Source: an uncultured Actinomycetes bacterium
Lineage (GTDB): Bacteria; Actinomycetota; Thermoleophilia; Gaiellales; Gaiellaceae
Direction of reading: 5' to 3'
Assembly (NCBI GenBank): GCA_963743495.1
Contig: CAVUPO010000003.1
Location: 259,738 to 323,737 of the forward strand
Length of the DNA stretch: 64,000 nt
Shown: in pieces, positions 51,240 through 61,535 of the stretch
Layout: every line of letters starts with the position of its first letter
How positions within the stretch are numbered: the first letter of the stretch is position 1
Translations under genes and position numbers: made by a program
The notes under the pieces: generated by a model
Seen by the model: only the letters and a program-made list of their open reading frames with translations
What the model was told of the DNA's origin: nothing
The model's database searches: none

Positions 51240-52409
51240 ATGAGCGCCGATGCCGCCCCCGAGGTGGAGTCCGAGCTCCGAGGCGGGGAGGCCGAGCACC
51301 CGGTCACGCCGCTCGAGCTCTTCTTCGACCTCGTCTTCGTCTTCGCGCTCACGCAGGTGACGGGCTTCATATCCGACGATCCCACCTGGGCTGGAATCGG
51401 CCGAGGCCTCCTGATCCTGGCTGCGCTCTGGTGGGCCTGGGGCGCCTACGCCTGGCTCACCAACGAGATCGACCCGAACGAGGGGTCGGCCCGGCTTGCC
51501 GTGTTCGGCTCGATGGCCGCGATGTTCGTCGCCGCCCTGGCCGTCCCGCACGCATTCGACACGGACGCGGTGCTCTTCGGGCTCGCGTACTTCGCGGTTC
51601 GGCTGATGCACGTCGTCCTCTTCGCCGAGGCGACGCCGAACGTCGACGTCCGCCAGGCGACGTTCCGGCTCGCGCGCACGGCGGTCCCCGGCCCTGCGCT
51701 CCTGATCGCGGCGGGCTTCCTGGACGGCTGGGCCGAGATCGGCGTCTGGGTGCTCGCGCTCACGATCGACTATTCCGGGCCCTATGTCTTCGGCGTGCGC
51801 GGGTTCTCCATCTCCGCCGATCACTTCGCCGAGCGCTACGGGCTGATCGTGATCATCGCCCTGGGCGAGTCGATCGTCGCCATCGGGATCGGCGCCGCCG
51901 GCATCGAGCTCGGCGTCGCGGTCGTCGTCGCCGCCGTGCTCGGGATCGCGCTCGTCTGCGCGCTCTGGTGGGCCTACTTCGACATCGTCGCGCTCGTCGC
52001 CCGGCGGAAGCTCGTCGAGGCACACGGCCACGAGCGCGTCCAGCTGGCGCGGGACACCTTCAGCTACCTGCACCTGCCCATGTTCGCCGGCATCGTCCTC
52101 GTCGCCCTCGGGCTGAAGAAAGTGCTCGGGCACGTCGGCGATCCGCTGGAGACCGTGCCGGCGGTCGCCCTCTGCGGAGGCGTCGCCCTCTACCTGTTGA
52201 GCCACGACACGATGCGCTACCGAAGCGTGCGGAGCGTCAACCCGCGGCGGCTGCTCGCGGCGGCGGCGGCCGCCGCGCTCATCCCGGCGGCGACGCGGGT
52301 CGACGGCGTCGTGTCGCTGGCGCTCGTGGCCGGCGTCTCCGTCGCCTTCGTCGCCTACGTGACGGTGCGCTTCAGAGAAGCACGTGCGCGCCTGCGCACG
52401 GCCGTCTGA
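51240..52409 (+). CDS. Low-temperature-requirement LtrA-like membrane protein
   Basis: VTPLELFFDLVFVFALTQV, WWAWGAYAWLTN; polytopic. The ATG lies inside ORF 50952..52409. Confidence 0.75.
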   Translation: MSADAAPEVESELRGGEAEHPVTPLELFFDLVFVFALTQVTGFISDDPTWAGIGRGLLILAALWWAWGAYAWLTNEIDPNEGSARLAVFGSMAAMFVAALAVPHAFDTDAVLFGLAYFAVRLMHVVLFAEATPNVDVRQATFRLARTAVPGPALLIAAGFLDGWAEIGVWVLALTIDYSGPYVFGVRGFSISADHFAERYGLIVIIALGESIVAIGIGAAGIELGVAVVVAAVLGIALVCALWWAYFDIVALVARRKLVEAHGHERVQLARDTFSYLHLPMFAGIVLVALGLKKVLGHVGDPLETVPAVALCGGVALYLLSHDTMRYRSVRSVNPRRLLAAAAAAALIPAATRVDGVVSLALVAGVSVAFVAYVTVRFREARARLRTAV

Positions 52410-52450
52410 GGCGCCGCCGCCTGCCCTGCGGCTTAGGCGGCGGCGGCGCC
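52410..52450 (+). terminator. GC-only hairpin immediately after the LtrA stop codon
   Basis: GGCGCCGCCGCC-(loop)-GGCGGCGGCGCC, a 12-bp stem starting at the base after the TGA. No U-tract. Confidence 0.4.
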
Positions 52451-52675
52451 CCGGACGGCCCTGTACCAGCGGCTGCGGCGATTTCGGCGCGGGCGCTCGG
52501 AGAGGCGGCGGGCGGCCGCCCGGGCGCTCTCGCGCTCGAGCTCGGCGCCGAGCTGGGGTGGCGGGTCTCGAACTGGGTCGGAGCGAGATAGGTCACTGCG
52601 AGCACTCGTGCTGGCTTCATGCGGAGATCCTGCCGGTGGAAGATCCTGGTCGCGGCGGGGCGGCCAGGCGTCTCG

Positions 52676-52695
52676 CGGTGCGGATATCCGCACCG
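52676..52695. repeat. Perfect 20-nt palindrome centred on GATATC
   Basis: CGGTGCGGAT|ATCCGCACCG. It is followed 5 nt later by a 12-bp-stem hairpin at 52701-52731 (GCGAGGGCCCGC-TGCGGAA-GCGGGCCCTCGC). Confidence 0.6.
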
Positions 52696-52868
52696 GACGC
52701 GCGAGGGCCCGCTGCGGAAGCGGGCCCTCGCCTTCGTGTAGACCAGAGCACCGCCTGCGGCGAGCGGGCTCCTTGGAGCTTGAACGTACGACTTGTATCG
52801 GACGGATAGAGCGGTCCCTCCAGTCCTCCGAGAGAGGGACTGGCCAAACGCCCTCGAAATCGCAGGCC

Positions 52869-53306
52869 ATGCCTCATCTCGACGTCGACCAGCGGTTCAT
52901 GTCCTGGTACGACCGGCTCACGCTCCCCTGGGCCGTGGGGACCGTCATCGGCGTGGCCTTCGTCCTCGTCGTCGTCGCCGGCGGCCTGGCTCGCATCATC
53001 GAGCCCGCGGTCTTCACCAGCCTCGGTGTCGCCTACTGGTGGGCCGTCGTCACGGTCACCACCGTCGGGTACGGGGACGTCGTCCCGGAGTCCTCCGCCG
53101 GCCGCGTCGTCGGTACGTTGCTGATGCTCACCGGGCTCGGTCTCATTCCCACGCTGACGAGCGTGACGGTCGCGATGTTGGTCGGGAAACGCAGCCGCGA
53201 CCAGCAGGAGCAGCTCGAGCGGCAGGCCGACGAGTACACGCAGGCGCTCGGGCGCATCGAGGCCCGCCTGGAGAAGCTGGCGAAGGAGCAGCCCGGCCGG
53301 GGCTAG
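52869..53306 (+). CDS. Two-TM KcsA-like potassium channel, 145 aa
   Basis: Selectivity filter TTVGYGDV between two hydrophobic helices; coiled, charged C-terminal tail. Confidence 0.85.
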   Translation: MPHLDVDQRFMSWYDRLTLPWAVGTVIGVAFVLVVVAGGLARIIEPAVFTSLGVAYWWAVVTVTTVGYGDVVPESSAGRVVGTLLMLTGLGLIPTLTSVTVAMLVGKRSRDQQEQLERQADEYTQALGRIEARLEKLAKEQPGRG

Positions 53307-53342
53307 ACTCGGGGTGAGCGCAGGGACGCTCGCGGTGAGCCT

Positions 53343-54608
53343 GTGAGAGAACTCGATTCCCGGACAACCCGGCGCGAAGCACGACGTCGTCAGATCCTGC
53401 GCCGTCGGCTGACGGCGCTCGCCGCGCTCTCCCTCGGAATCGCAGGCGCGATCGCGCTCGCCTGGGCGAGCTTCGGCGGCGGGGCGCCCGCCGCGTCCCC
53501 TGCGGGCCAGGACGCGGCGCAGGCGGGGGCGCAGGCCGTAGCGGACTCGGAGGCGACCGAGACCGAGAAGGCCGCCCCGGCGCCCAAGCCGAAGCGCCGC
53601 AAGCCCTCCGGCCGCACGCGGCTCCGCCTCGTCGACACCCTCGGAGGCGACATCTCGCCGAAGTCGGTCGCCTCCTCCGGGACGGGGTTGGTCTTCGCCC
53701 AGAACATGATGTACCAGCACTCGGTCACGGTCTACGACGCGAAGAAGCTGCAGCTCGAGAAGACGATCCCGGACACCGTGCGCCTGGCCGACTTCGGCTT
53801 CGAGCGCTACGCGGGCGAGCAGCAGGGCGCGCCGGTCGAGGCGGCGTTCTCCCCGGACGGGAAGTACGCCTACGTCTCCAACTACTCGATGTACGGCGAG
53901 GGCTTCGGCCCCGAGGGCGACGACGCGTGCACGCCCTCCTCCGGCTACGACCGCAGCTTCGTCTATCGGATCTCGCTGAAGACGCTGGAGATCGACGACG
54001 CCTACAGGGTCGGCGCCGTCCCCAAAGTCGTGGCGGTGACGCCGGACGGCCGCTTCGTCCTCGTCTCCAACTGGTGCACCTGGGACCTGAGCGTGATCTC
54101 GACGAAGGCCGGCCGGGAGGTGCGGCGCATCCCCATGGGCGAGTACCCGCGCGGGATCGTCGTCTCGCCGAAGGGCGACGCGGCCTACGTCGCGCTCATG
54201 GGCGAGAGCAGCCTCGTCCGCGTCGACCTCGACACGTGGACGACCTCGGCGATCCCGATCGGCCGGGGGCCGCGAGCACTCGAGATCGACCCCTCCGGAC
54301 GCCGCATCTACGCGACGCTCAACCACGAGGGCCGCGTGGCGCGCCTCAACCTCAGGACCGGAGGCGTCACGAAGGTGACGACCGGGGCGGCGCCGCGCAG
54401 CCTCGCCGTGGCCGACGACGGGAAGGCGCTCTACGTCGTCAACTACGAGTCCGGGACGGTCAGCAAGCTGCGCACGTCGGACCTGAAGGTGCTGCAGACC
54501 GAGACCGCCTGCGCCAACCCGATCGGAATCACCTACGACGCCCCGACCCGGCGCGTGTGGGTGGCGTGCTACGGCGGCGCGCTGCTCGTCTACGACGACA
54601 GGCGCTAG
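53343..54608 (+). CDS. Membrane-anchored YncE/YVTN-type beta-propeller repeat protein
   Basis: GTG start. N-terminal basic stretch plus LTALAALSLGIAGAIALAW. Repeated PRGIVVSPKGDAAYV / PRALEIDPSGRRIYA / PRSLAVADDGKALYV blocks. Confidence 0.7.
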   Translation: MRELDSRTTRREARRRQILRRRLTALAALSLGIAGAIALAWASFGGGAPAASPAGQDAAQAGAQAVADSEATETEKAAPAPKPKRRKPSGRTRLRLVDTLGGDISPKSVASSGTGLVFAQNMMYQHSVTVYDAKKLQLEKTIPDTVRLADFGFERYAGEQQGAPVEAAFSPDGKYAYVSNYSMYGEGFGPEGDDACTPSSGYDRSFVYRISLKTLEIDDAYRVGAVPKVVAVTPDGRFVLVSNWCTWDLSVISTKAGREVRRIPMGEYPRGIVVSPKGDAAYVALMGESSLVRVDLDTWTTSAIPIGRGPRALEIDPSGRRIYATLNHEGRVARLNLRTGGVTKVTTGAAPRSLAVADDGKALYVVNYESGTVSKLRTSDLKVLQTETACANPIGITYDAPTRRVWVACYGGALLVYDDRR

Positions 54609-54624
54609 GCGTGCCCCAGAGGGA

Positions 54625-54697
54625 TGGAGCCAGCGGGATTCGAACCCGCGACCTCTTGGCTGCCAGCCAAGCGCTCTCCCAGCTGAGCTATGGCCCC
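54625..54697 (-). tRNA. tRNA-Ala (anticodon GGC); CCA not encoded
   Basis: GGGGCCA acceptor with a G3:U70 pair. Anticodon arm CTTGG-CTGGCAG-CCAAG. T arm GCGGG-TTCGAAT-CCCGC. Confidence 0.9.
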
Positions 54698-54768
54698 GCG
54701 CGGGCCACACTGTAGCGAAATGAGCACTGCCGGTTTCCCGCTCGCCGCGGGCGGGCAGAGTCGCGGCG

Positions 54769-54936
54769 ATGCCGGAGAAGACCGACTACAGCCCGGTGCG
54801 CGAGCCGGCTCCGGAGCCCGAGCGTCGGCGGGAGCGACGCTTCGCGCGCGTCTTCGTTCTCGGCGCGCACGCGTTCTGGCTCTACGCGCTCGTCGTCGCG
54901 GGCGTGGTCGCCCTCGTCGTCTGGCTCGCCGGCTAG
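54769..54936 (+). CDS. Possible 55-aa single-pass membrane protein
   Basis: MPEKTDYSPVREPAPEPERRRERRFARVFVLGAHAFWLYALVVAGVVALVVWLAG. GC3 is nearly 100 percent. It is below the ORF-track length cut-off. Confidence 0.4.
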   Translation: MPEKTDYSPVREPAPEPERRRERRFARVFVLGAHAFWLYALVVAGVVALVVWLAG

Positions 54937-54942
54937 CAGCGT

Positions 54943-55359
54943 CTAGCCGGCCGCCGCGAACTCGACGGAGGGGACGTCGCCCCAGAGCTCCTCGAGGCGG
55001 TAGTACTCGCGCGCCGCCGGCGTGAAGACGTGCAGCACGACGTCGAGGTAGTCGGCGAGGATCCAGCGGGCCTCGCGCTCGCCGGCGACGGCGCGCGGGA
55101 CGAGGCCGTCCTCCTTCTTCAGGCGCTGGCGCACCTCGTCGTAGATCGCTTTCGTCTGTCGCGGGCTCTGCCCCGTGCAGACGACGAAGAAGTCCGTGTA
55201 CGAGCACGCCGGGCGCATGTCGAGGATGACGACGTCGGCGGCGAGCTTCTCCTGGGCGAGGGCCGCGATTCGGCGAGCGTGCTCGATGGGCGTCAGCGGC
55301 CTGGCATCTCCTGGGTCAACGGTCTCAGGGTAGCTCTGCCCGGCGCAGGAGGTCAACAT
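54943..55359 (-). CDS. rsfS: Ribosomal silencing factor RsfS (iojap-like)
   Basis: DVVILDMRPACSYTDFFVVCTG, WILADYLDVVLHVF. Overlaps the nadD stop by 7 nt. Confidence 0.85.
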   Translation of the reverse strand: MLTSCAGQSYPETVDPGDARPLTPIEHARRIAALAQEKLAADVVILDMRPACSYTDFFVVCTGQSPRQTKAIYDEVRQRLKKEDGLVPRAVAGEREARWILADYLDVVLHVFTPAAREYYRLEELWGDVPSVEFAAAG

Positions 55360-55924
55360 GTCTCATGGTAGAGGCCCCGCTCGACGATGCGGCGCGCCAC
55401 GGGCACAGGAACGAGGTCGCCGACCGGTTCGCCGCGCCCGAGGCGCGCGCGGAGGTCGGTTGAGGAGACGGCCAGCGCCGGGATCTCGAAGAGCTCGACG
55501 CGGTCCGGGCGGCCGAGCGACTCGAGCACCGGCTGCAGCCGCTTCGCCGGCGAGCCCGGACGGGTGGCGACGCCGAGCCGGACGAGCTCGAGAATCGCAT
55601 CCGGCTCCTTCCAGGAGGGGAACGTGGCGAACTCGTCGGCGCCGACCAGGAATACGGTCGCATCGGGGTCGAACCCACCCATGCGGAGCGAGTCCACCGT
55701 GTAGGCATGGTCGTCGCGGCGTACCTCGGCGAGCGGGACCGCCTCGAAGGCGGCGCGGACGAGCTCGAGGCGCTCCTCGACCGGGGTCTCGACGCGCTTG
55801 TGGGCGGGATCGGCGACGACGAGCACGAGCAGCCGGTCGAGCCCGAACCGCCGGACCGCCTCCTCCGCCAGGACGATGTGGCCGGAGTGCGGCGGGTCGA
55901 AGGCGCCGCCGAGGAGGCCCGTCG

Positions 55925-55928
<4 letters not shown>
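55353..55928 (-). CDS. nadD: Nicotinate-nucleotide adenylyltransferase
   Basis: GGAFDPPHSGH and the downstream SSTDLR motif. Confidence 0.9.
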
Positions 55929-57112
<1,184 letters not shown>

Positions 57113-57200
57113 AGCCGGAGGCTATGGGCGCGACCGAGGACGCCGTCCTCGGGGCGAGCAGCGCGGCCCGGCGGCACAGGCTGCGATGCGTCGAGGCCTC

Positions 57201-57446
57201 CTAAAGGACGGACACGACCCGAGCCGCGCCGCCCGTCTGGAAGGAAACCTTCCCGTCGCGCGTGGCGAAGATCGTGTGGTCGCGCCCGAGGCCGGTGCCG
57301 GCGCCGGGGCGGAAGCGCGTGCCGCGCTGGCGGACGACGATCATGCCCGCCTTGATCTCCTGGCCGTCGAAGACCTTGACGCCGAGTCGCTTCGACTCGG
57401 AGTCGCGGCCGTTCTTCGACGAGCCCAGTCCCTTCTTGTGAGCCAT
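57201..57446 (-). CDS. rpmA: 50S ribosomal protein L27
   Basis: [24 protein letters not shown]. Confidence 0.95.
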   Translation of the reverse strand: MAHKKGLGSSKNGRDSESKRLGVKVFDGQEIKAGMIVVRQRGTRFRPGAGTGLGRDHTIFATRDGKVSFQTGGAARVVSVL

Positions 57447-57452
57447 CCGTCC

Positions 57453-57932
57453 CTACTCCTCCGTCTTTTTCCTGGGGGCGCTCCGCCGGGCCGGCGCCTT
57501 CTTCTCGGCGGCCGCGGCGGGCTTCCTCGCCGTCGCCGGCTTCCGCGTGGCCGGCTTCTTCTCGGCGGCCGGCTTCGAGGCCGCCTCCCCCGTCTCCTTC
57601 TTCGCCGCCGTCGAGCGCGACCGCGCCGCCCCGATCGACTCCACCTCGATGCGCGTGAGGCTGGCACGGAAGCCGTTTCGGCGCTTGTAGCCGGTGCGGC
57701 GCTTGTGCTTGCCGACGATGACCTTCTTGCCGCGGACGTGCTCGGCGACCTTGACGGTCACCTGCGCGCCCTTGAGGTCGGCGCCGAGCTTCGCCTCGCC
57801 GTCCCCGCCGAGCATGACGAGCCGCGGCTGGAACGTCTTGCCCTCGGCGTGAGGGACACGGTCCACGAGCAGGCGCTGCCCTTCCCGCACGCGGTACTGC
57901 TTGTTCCCGATGGAGATGACGGCGTAGCTCAT
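57453..57932 (-). CDS. rplU: 50S ribosomal protein L21 with ~55-aa Lys/Ala/Pro-rich C-terminal extension
   Basis: MSYAVISIGNKQYRV...KHKRRTGYKRRNGFR core, then AAKKETGEAASKPAAEKKPATRKPATARKPAAAAEKKAPARR. Confidence 0.9.
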   Translation of the reverse strand: MSYAVISIGNKQYRVREGQRLLVDRVPHAEGKTFQPRLVMLGGDGEAKLGADLKGAQVTVKVAEHVRGKKVIVGKHKRRTGYKRRNGFRASLTRIEVESIGAARSRSTAAKKETGEAASKPAAEKKPATRKPATARKPAAAAEKKAPARRSAPRKKTEE

Positions 57933-57974
57933 AGACAGGAAAGGAGCGGGCAGGGCCCGCTTCGGCAGGAAAGT

Positions 57975-60303
57975 CTAGCCGCCGTCCTCCGCCGTCGCAA
58001 TCGACTCGGCCGCGTCCGGCGCGGCCGGCTTCTTCTTCCGCCGCCGGCCCCCGCGGGAGCCGCGCCGGGTCTTCTTCTTCGGCTTCTCCTCGGCCGGGGC
58101 ATCGCCGTTCGGCGCCCGGCTCCTCGGCCTGCGAGGGCGGCTCGGTAACGGCCTCGGGCGCCGGGGGGGCCTCGGCGGCGGGCGCCTCCTTCGCGGCGCC
58201 GTCTGCGGCGGCGGCGGGCTTCTTCTTGCGGCCACGCCCCCCGCGCGAGCCGCGGCGCGTCTTCTTCTTCGGCCGCTCGGCCGGCTGGTCGCCGTCGGCT
58301 GCCGGCCCGGCAGGCTCGCCGGAGCCCGCCTCCTCGGCCGCCACGGCGTCCTCCGCGTCCTCGATCAGCGTCTCGTCGAGCGCGACGACCGCAGGCTCGG
58401 CCTTGCGCGACCGGCCGCGGCTCTTCTCCGGCGCCTTGGCCCCCGCGGCCTTCGGCTCGAGGCCGTCGATGCTCTCGACCTTCCCCTCGGCGAGGATGGC
58501 GAAGCGGTCGAGGCGGAACGACTTCTTCGTCTTGAACGCGAAGCGCTTCCCCGTCTCCTTCTCCAGCTCCTGGAGCCGCTCCCCGCCTGGACCGACGAGG
58601 ATCTCGGCGACGTCCGAGTGCAGCTCGACGAGGAAGGCCGCCGCGCGCGAGCCGGCGACGTGGCCGCGGAGCTTGCGCTCGACCTCGACGGCGCGAGTCT
58701 CGGCGGAGACCACCACCCCGGTCGACTCGCAGGTCGGGCACTTGTCGGTGAGGATCTCGCGCGGCCCGTCCGTGACGTTCTGGCGCGTCATCTCGACGAG
58801 GCCGAGCGGCGAGATCTCGACGACGTAGGTCTTCGTGCGGTCGCGGGCGAGCTCGGCCTCGAAGGCGCCCTCGACGAGTTGGCGGTTCTTCGGGTTCGCC
58901 ATGTCGATGAAGTCGATGACGATGATCCCGCCGATGTCGCGCAGCCTGAGCTGGCGCACGACCTCGGTGACGGCCTCGAGGTTGTTCTTCGTGATCGTGT
59001 CCTCGAGCCTCGCGTTGGACGACTTCCCGCGACCGCCGACGAAGCGGCCCGTGTTCACGTCGATGACGGTGAACGCCTCGGCGTAGTCGAAGACGAGGTA
59101 GCCGCCGGACGGAAGGTCGACCCGGCGCGAGAGCGTCGAGTTGACCGCCTCGAGCACGCCGGACTTCTCGATCAGGGGCTCCTTGCCCTTGTAGCGCTCG
59201 ACCCGCGCCGCGAGCTCGGGCGAGGTGCGCTTCAGGTACGCGACGATCTTCCGGTACGTCCGCTCGTGGTCGACGACCACGCGTACGAAGTCCCGGATGA
59301 AGAGGTCGCGCACGATCCTCAGCGGCAGCTCCGCCTCCTGGTAGACGAGCGAAGGCGCCTTGGTCGTGGCGGCACGGCTGCGGATCGTCGACCAGAGCTT
59401 GAGGAGGAGCTTGAGGTCGCCGACGAGCTCCTCCTCGGAGGCGCCTTCGGCGGCGGTGCGGACGATCAGGCCCCCCTCGGGCAGCTCCAGGCTCTTGCAG
59501 ATCGCCTTCAGGCGCTCCCGCTCGTCGTCTTCGAGCCGCCGCGAGACGCCGATGCCGTCCCCGTAGGGCGTGTACACGAGGAAGCGGCCGGGCAGCGATA
59601 TCTCCGTCGTGAGGCGCGCGCCCTTCGTCCCCATCGGGTCCTTGACGGCCTGGACGAGCACCTCCTGCCCGCGCGAGATGAGCTCCTGGATGCGCTTGCC
59701 GTGCCGCTTCCCCTCCAGCTCGGGCACGACGATCTCGTCCACGTACAGGAAGCCGTTGCGGTCGAGACCGATGTCGACGAAGGACGCCTCCATGCCCGGG
59801 AGGACGTTGTCGACGACGCCCTTGTAGATGTTGCCTGCGATCGACCGGTGGGACGGCCGCCCCAGATAGACCTCGGCGACCTTGCCGTCCTCGAGCACCG
59901 CGACCGTCTGCTCGAGCACGTCCACGGAGACGAGGATCTCCTTCTTGACATCCGGCGCCGGTGCCCGGGCGGCCACGGCGGTCTTGCGCGCCGGGCTACG
60001 GCGCCGCTCGGCCTTCTTCGTCTCCTCGCGCCCGCGGCCCTTCTCGCGGCCGCTCGGCGCCGCCTTCTTGCGGGGGGCCTGCTTCGCCCTGGCCGGCGCG
60101 GCAGGGGCCTCGGACTCCGCGGTCGCCGCCTCGGCCTTCTTCTTCGTCCGTCCGCGCCCGCCGCGGCTTCCGCGACGGCGGCGCGCCGGCTTTCGCTCGG
60201 CCTCAGCCTCGGGCTGGGCCGGCTCCTCTTTCTCGAACGCCGCGGGAGCGGCGGCCCCGCCAGGCGCCTCCTCCTCGCGCTTCTTCAGTCGAAACCATTT
60301 CAC
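57975..60303 (-). pseudogene. rne: Ribonuclease E/G family endoribonuclease with basic N- and C-terminal extensions; one apparent frameshift near 58112-58135
   Basis: GTG start preceded by GGAG. S1 domain GNIYKGVVDNVLPGMEASFVDIG. Catalytic core FTVIDVNTG and IIVIDFIDM. The true C-terminus is in ORF 57975..58235 (the long ORF otherwise runs on across rplU/rpmA). Confidence 0.85.
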
Positions 60304-60469
60304 GTCGGTGAGCTCCTTTCGGGCGCACGCCGCGCTCGGCGCCGGTCAGGCGCTCGCCGAGCCGCTGGGTGTCCGCCCCAAACTTCATGTGGTCTTCGCG
60401 CCGGACTTCGACTGCCCCAACCGGGGCTGGACCGTCCGTGCGCATCTGCCTCAGCGTAGCAGTACCGGC

Positions 60470-60664
60470 CTAGGCTGCAGCCGGGCGCAGGGCGCTTCGC
60501 TTGCGCTCGACTGCCCGCAGCCGCTGGTTGAGGCGGGCCCAGGCCCAGGGCTCGACCTCGTCGTAGCGCCCCGTCGCGGCCTCGGCCTGGGTCGCCTCCA
60601 GGTACTCGAACCAGGCGTCGGCCTCCTCGATGAGGAGCGCCTCGTGGCGTTCGTCCATCTCCAT
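60470..60664 (-). CDS. Hypothetical small acidic protein, 64 aa
   Basis: ORF MEMDERHEALLIEEADAWFEYLEATQAE... with high GC3; no recognisable family. Confidence 0.4.
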   Translation of the reverse strand: MEMDERHEALLIEEADAWFEYLEATQAEAATGRYDEVEPWAWARLNQRLRAVERKRSALRPAAA

Positions 60665-60675
60665 GGGCGAGAAGG

Positions 60676-61524
60676 CTAGGACCGGGACCGGACGGACCGC
60701 TGGACCACTCTCGTGCCGCCCGCAGCAAAGTACGCGCTGGCCGCCTCCCCCACCGCGAGCGTGGCCCCGTAGGCGACGCCGCCCTTGACGGCCCAGCCGA
60801 GCCCCGGGACGAGCCCCGCCAGGTGCCTCGCGACCGTCCGAAACCCGAGCCCGGCGGCGACGACCGAGAGGACCTCGAACGCGCGCTCGCGGTCGAGCTC
60901 CTCGCCGTAGGCGGTGGCGAGGCGGAGCACCATGCGGATCTGGTTGAGCGTCAGCACGGGGAAGTCGGCTCCGGGGATGAAGATGGCGACCCCGAGGACG
61001 CCGTTCTGCAGGGAGAAGTGCCTGACAATCTGGTCGGCGACCGCGCGTCGCAGCAGCGGGACGGCGGCGGCCAGATGATGCGAGCTGTCGTCCGCGACGT
61101 CGGCGATGCGCTCTGCGACCGTCTCGAGCGGAAGCGAGGCGCCGGGGGCCGCGGCGACGACGTTCGTGTCGAGGACGTAGGGCACGCTCGGCGGCTCGCC
61201 GTCCGCGGCCGCCCCGAGCACGCAGACGACGCCCACCCGCTTCCGCGCGGCCAGCTCGAAGGCGGCGAGGTCCTCCTCGCCGGGCACGGCCCCCGCGACC
61301 GCGTGCACGAGAACGCTCGCGCCCGCCAGGTCGTAGGCCGACGGAGCCCGGCCGGAGACGTCGAGAACGGCTTCGGGATCGGCGCCCGCGGCGAGCGCGG
61401 CGTGCAGGGCGGCCGCCGGCTCGGGCGCGCCGCCGACCAGGAGCGGACGGGGATCCTCGTCCCCGGCTCTGACTTCCTTGACGACCCCCCAGACGGAGGT
61501 CGGGCTCAGCGGGAGCTTCGCCAT
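60676..61524 (-). CDS. Hypothetical protein, C-terminal half DUF697-like, N-terminal half resembling a degenerate GTPase fold
   Basis: 282-aa ORF. FIPGADFPVLTLNQIRMVLRLATAYG and glycine-rich hydrophobic C-terminal segments. No intact P-loop. Confidence 0.45.
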   Translation of the reverse strand: MAKLPLSPTSVWGVVKEVRAGDEDPRPLLVGGAPEPAAALHAALAAGADPEAVLDVSGRAPSAYDLAGASVLVHAVAGAVPGEEDLAAFELAARKRVGVVCVLGAAADGEPPSVPYVLDTNVVAAAPGASLPLETVAERIADVADDSSHHLAAAVPLLRRAVADQIVRHFSLQNGVLGVAIFIPGADFPVLTLNQIRMVLRLATAYGEELDRERAFEVLSVVAAGLGFRTVARHLAGLVPGLGWAVKGGVAYGATLAVGEAASAYFAAGGTRVVQRSVRSRS

Positions 61525-61535
61525 CGCCGCCTAAC

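Noticed and set aside
52372-52620. An 82-aa minus-strand ORF (MKPARVLAVTYLAPTQFETRH...) in the LtrA/K+ channel spacer
   Set aside because: The first codons have atypically low GC3 for this genome (cca, gca, cga, gca, tat, gct). The rest is Ala/Pro/Arg-rich and overlaps the LtrA 3' end. There is no motif, so it is left as part of the structured-spacer finding.
52410-52868. c-di-AMP (ydaO-type) riboswitch in front of the K+ channel
   Set aside because: This was expected by association with potassium transport. The conserved ydaO elements I remember (GGGGACCC / GGGGUGAAUC / CCGAAYCCG...CUAACC) are not present on either strand.
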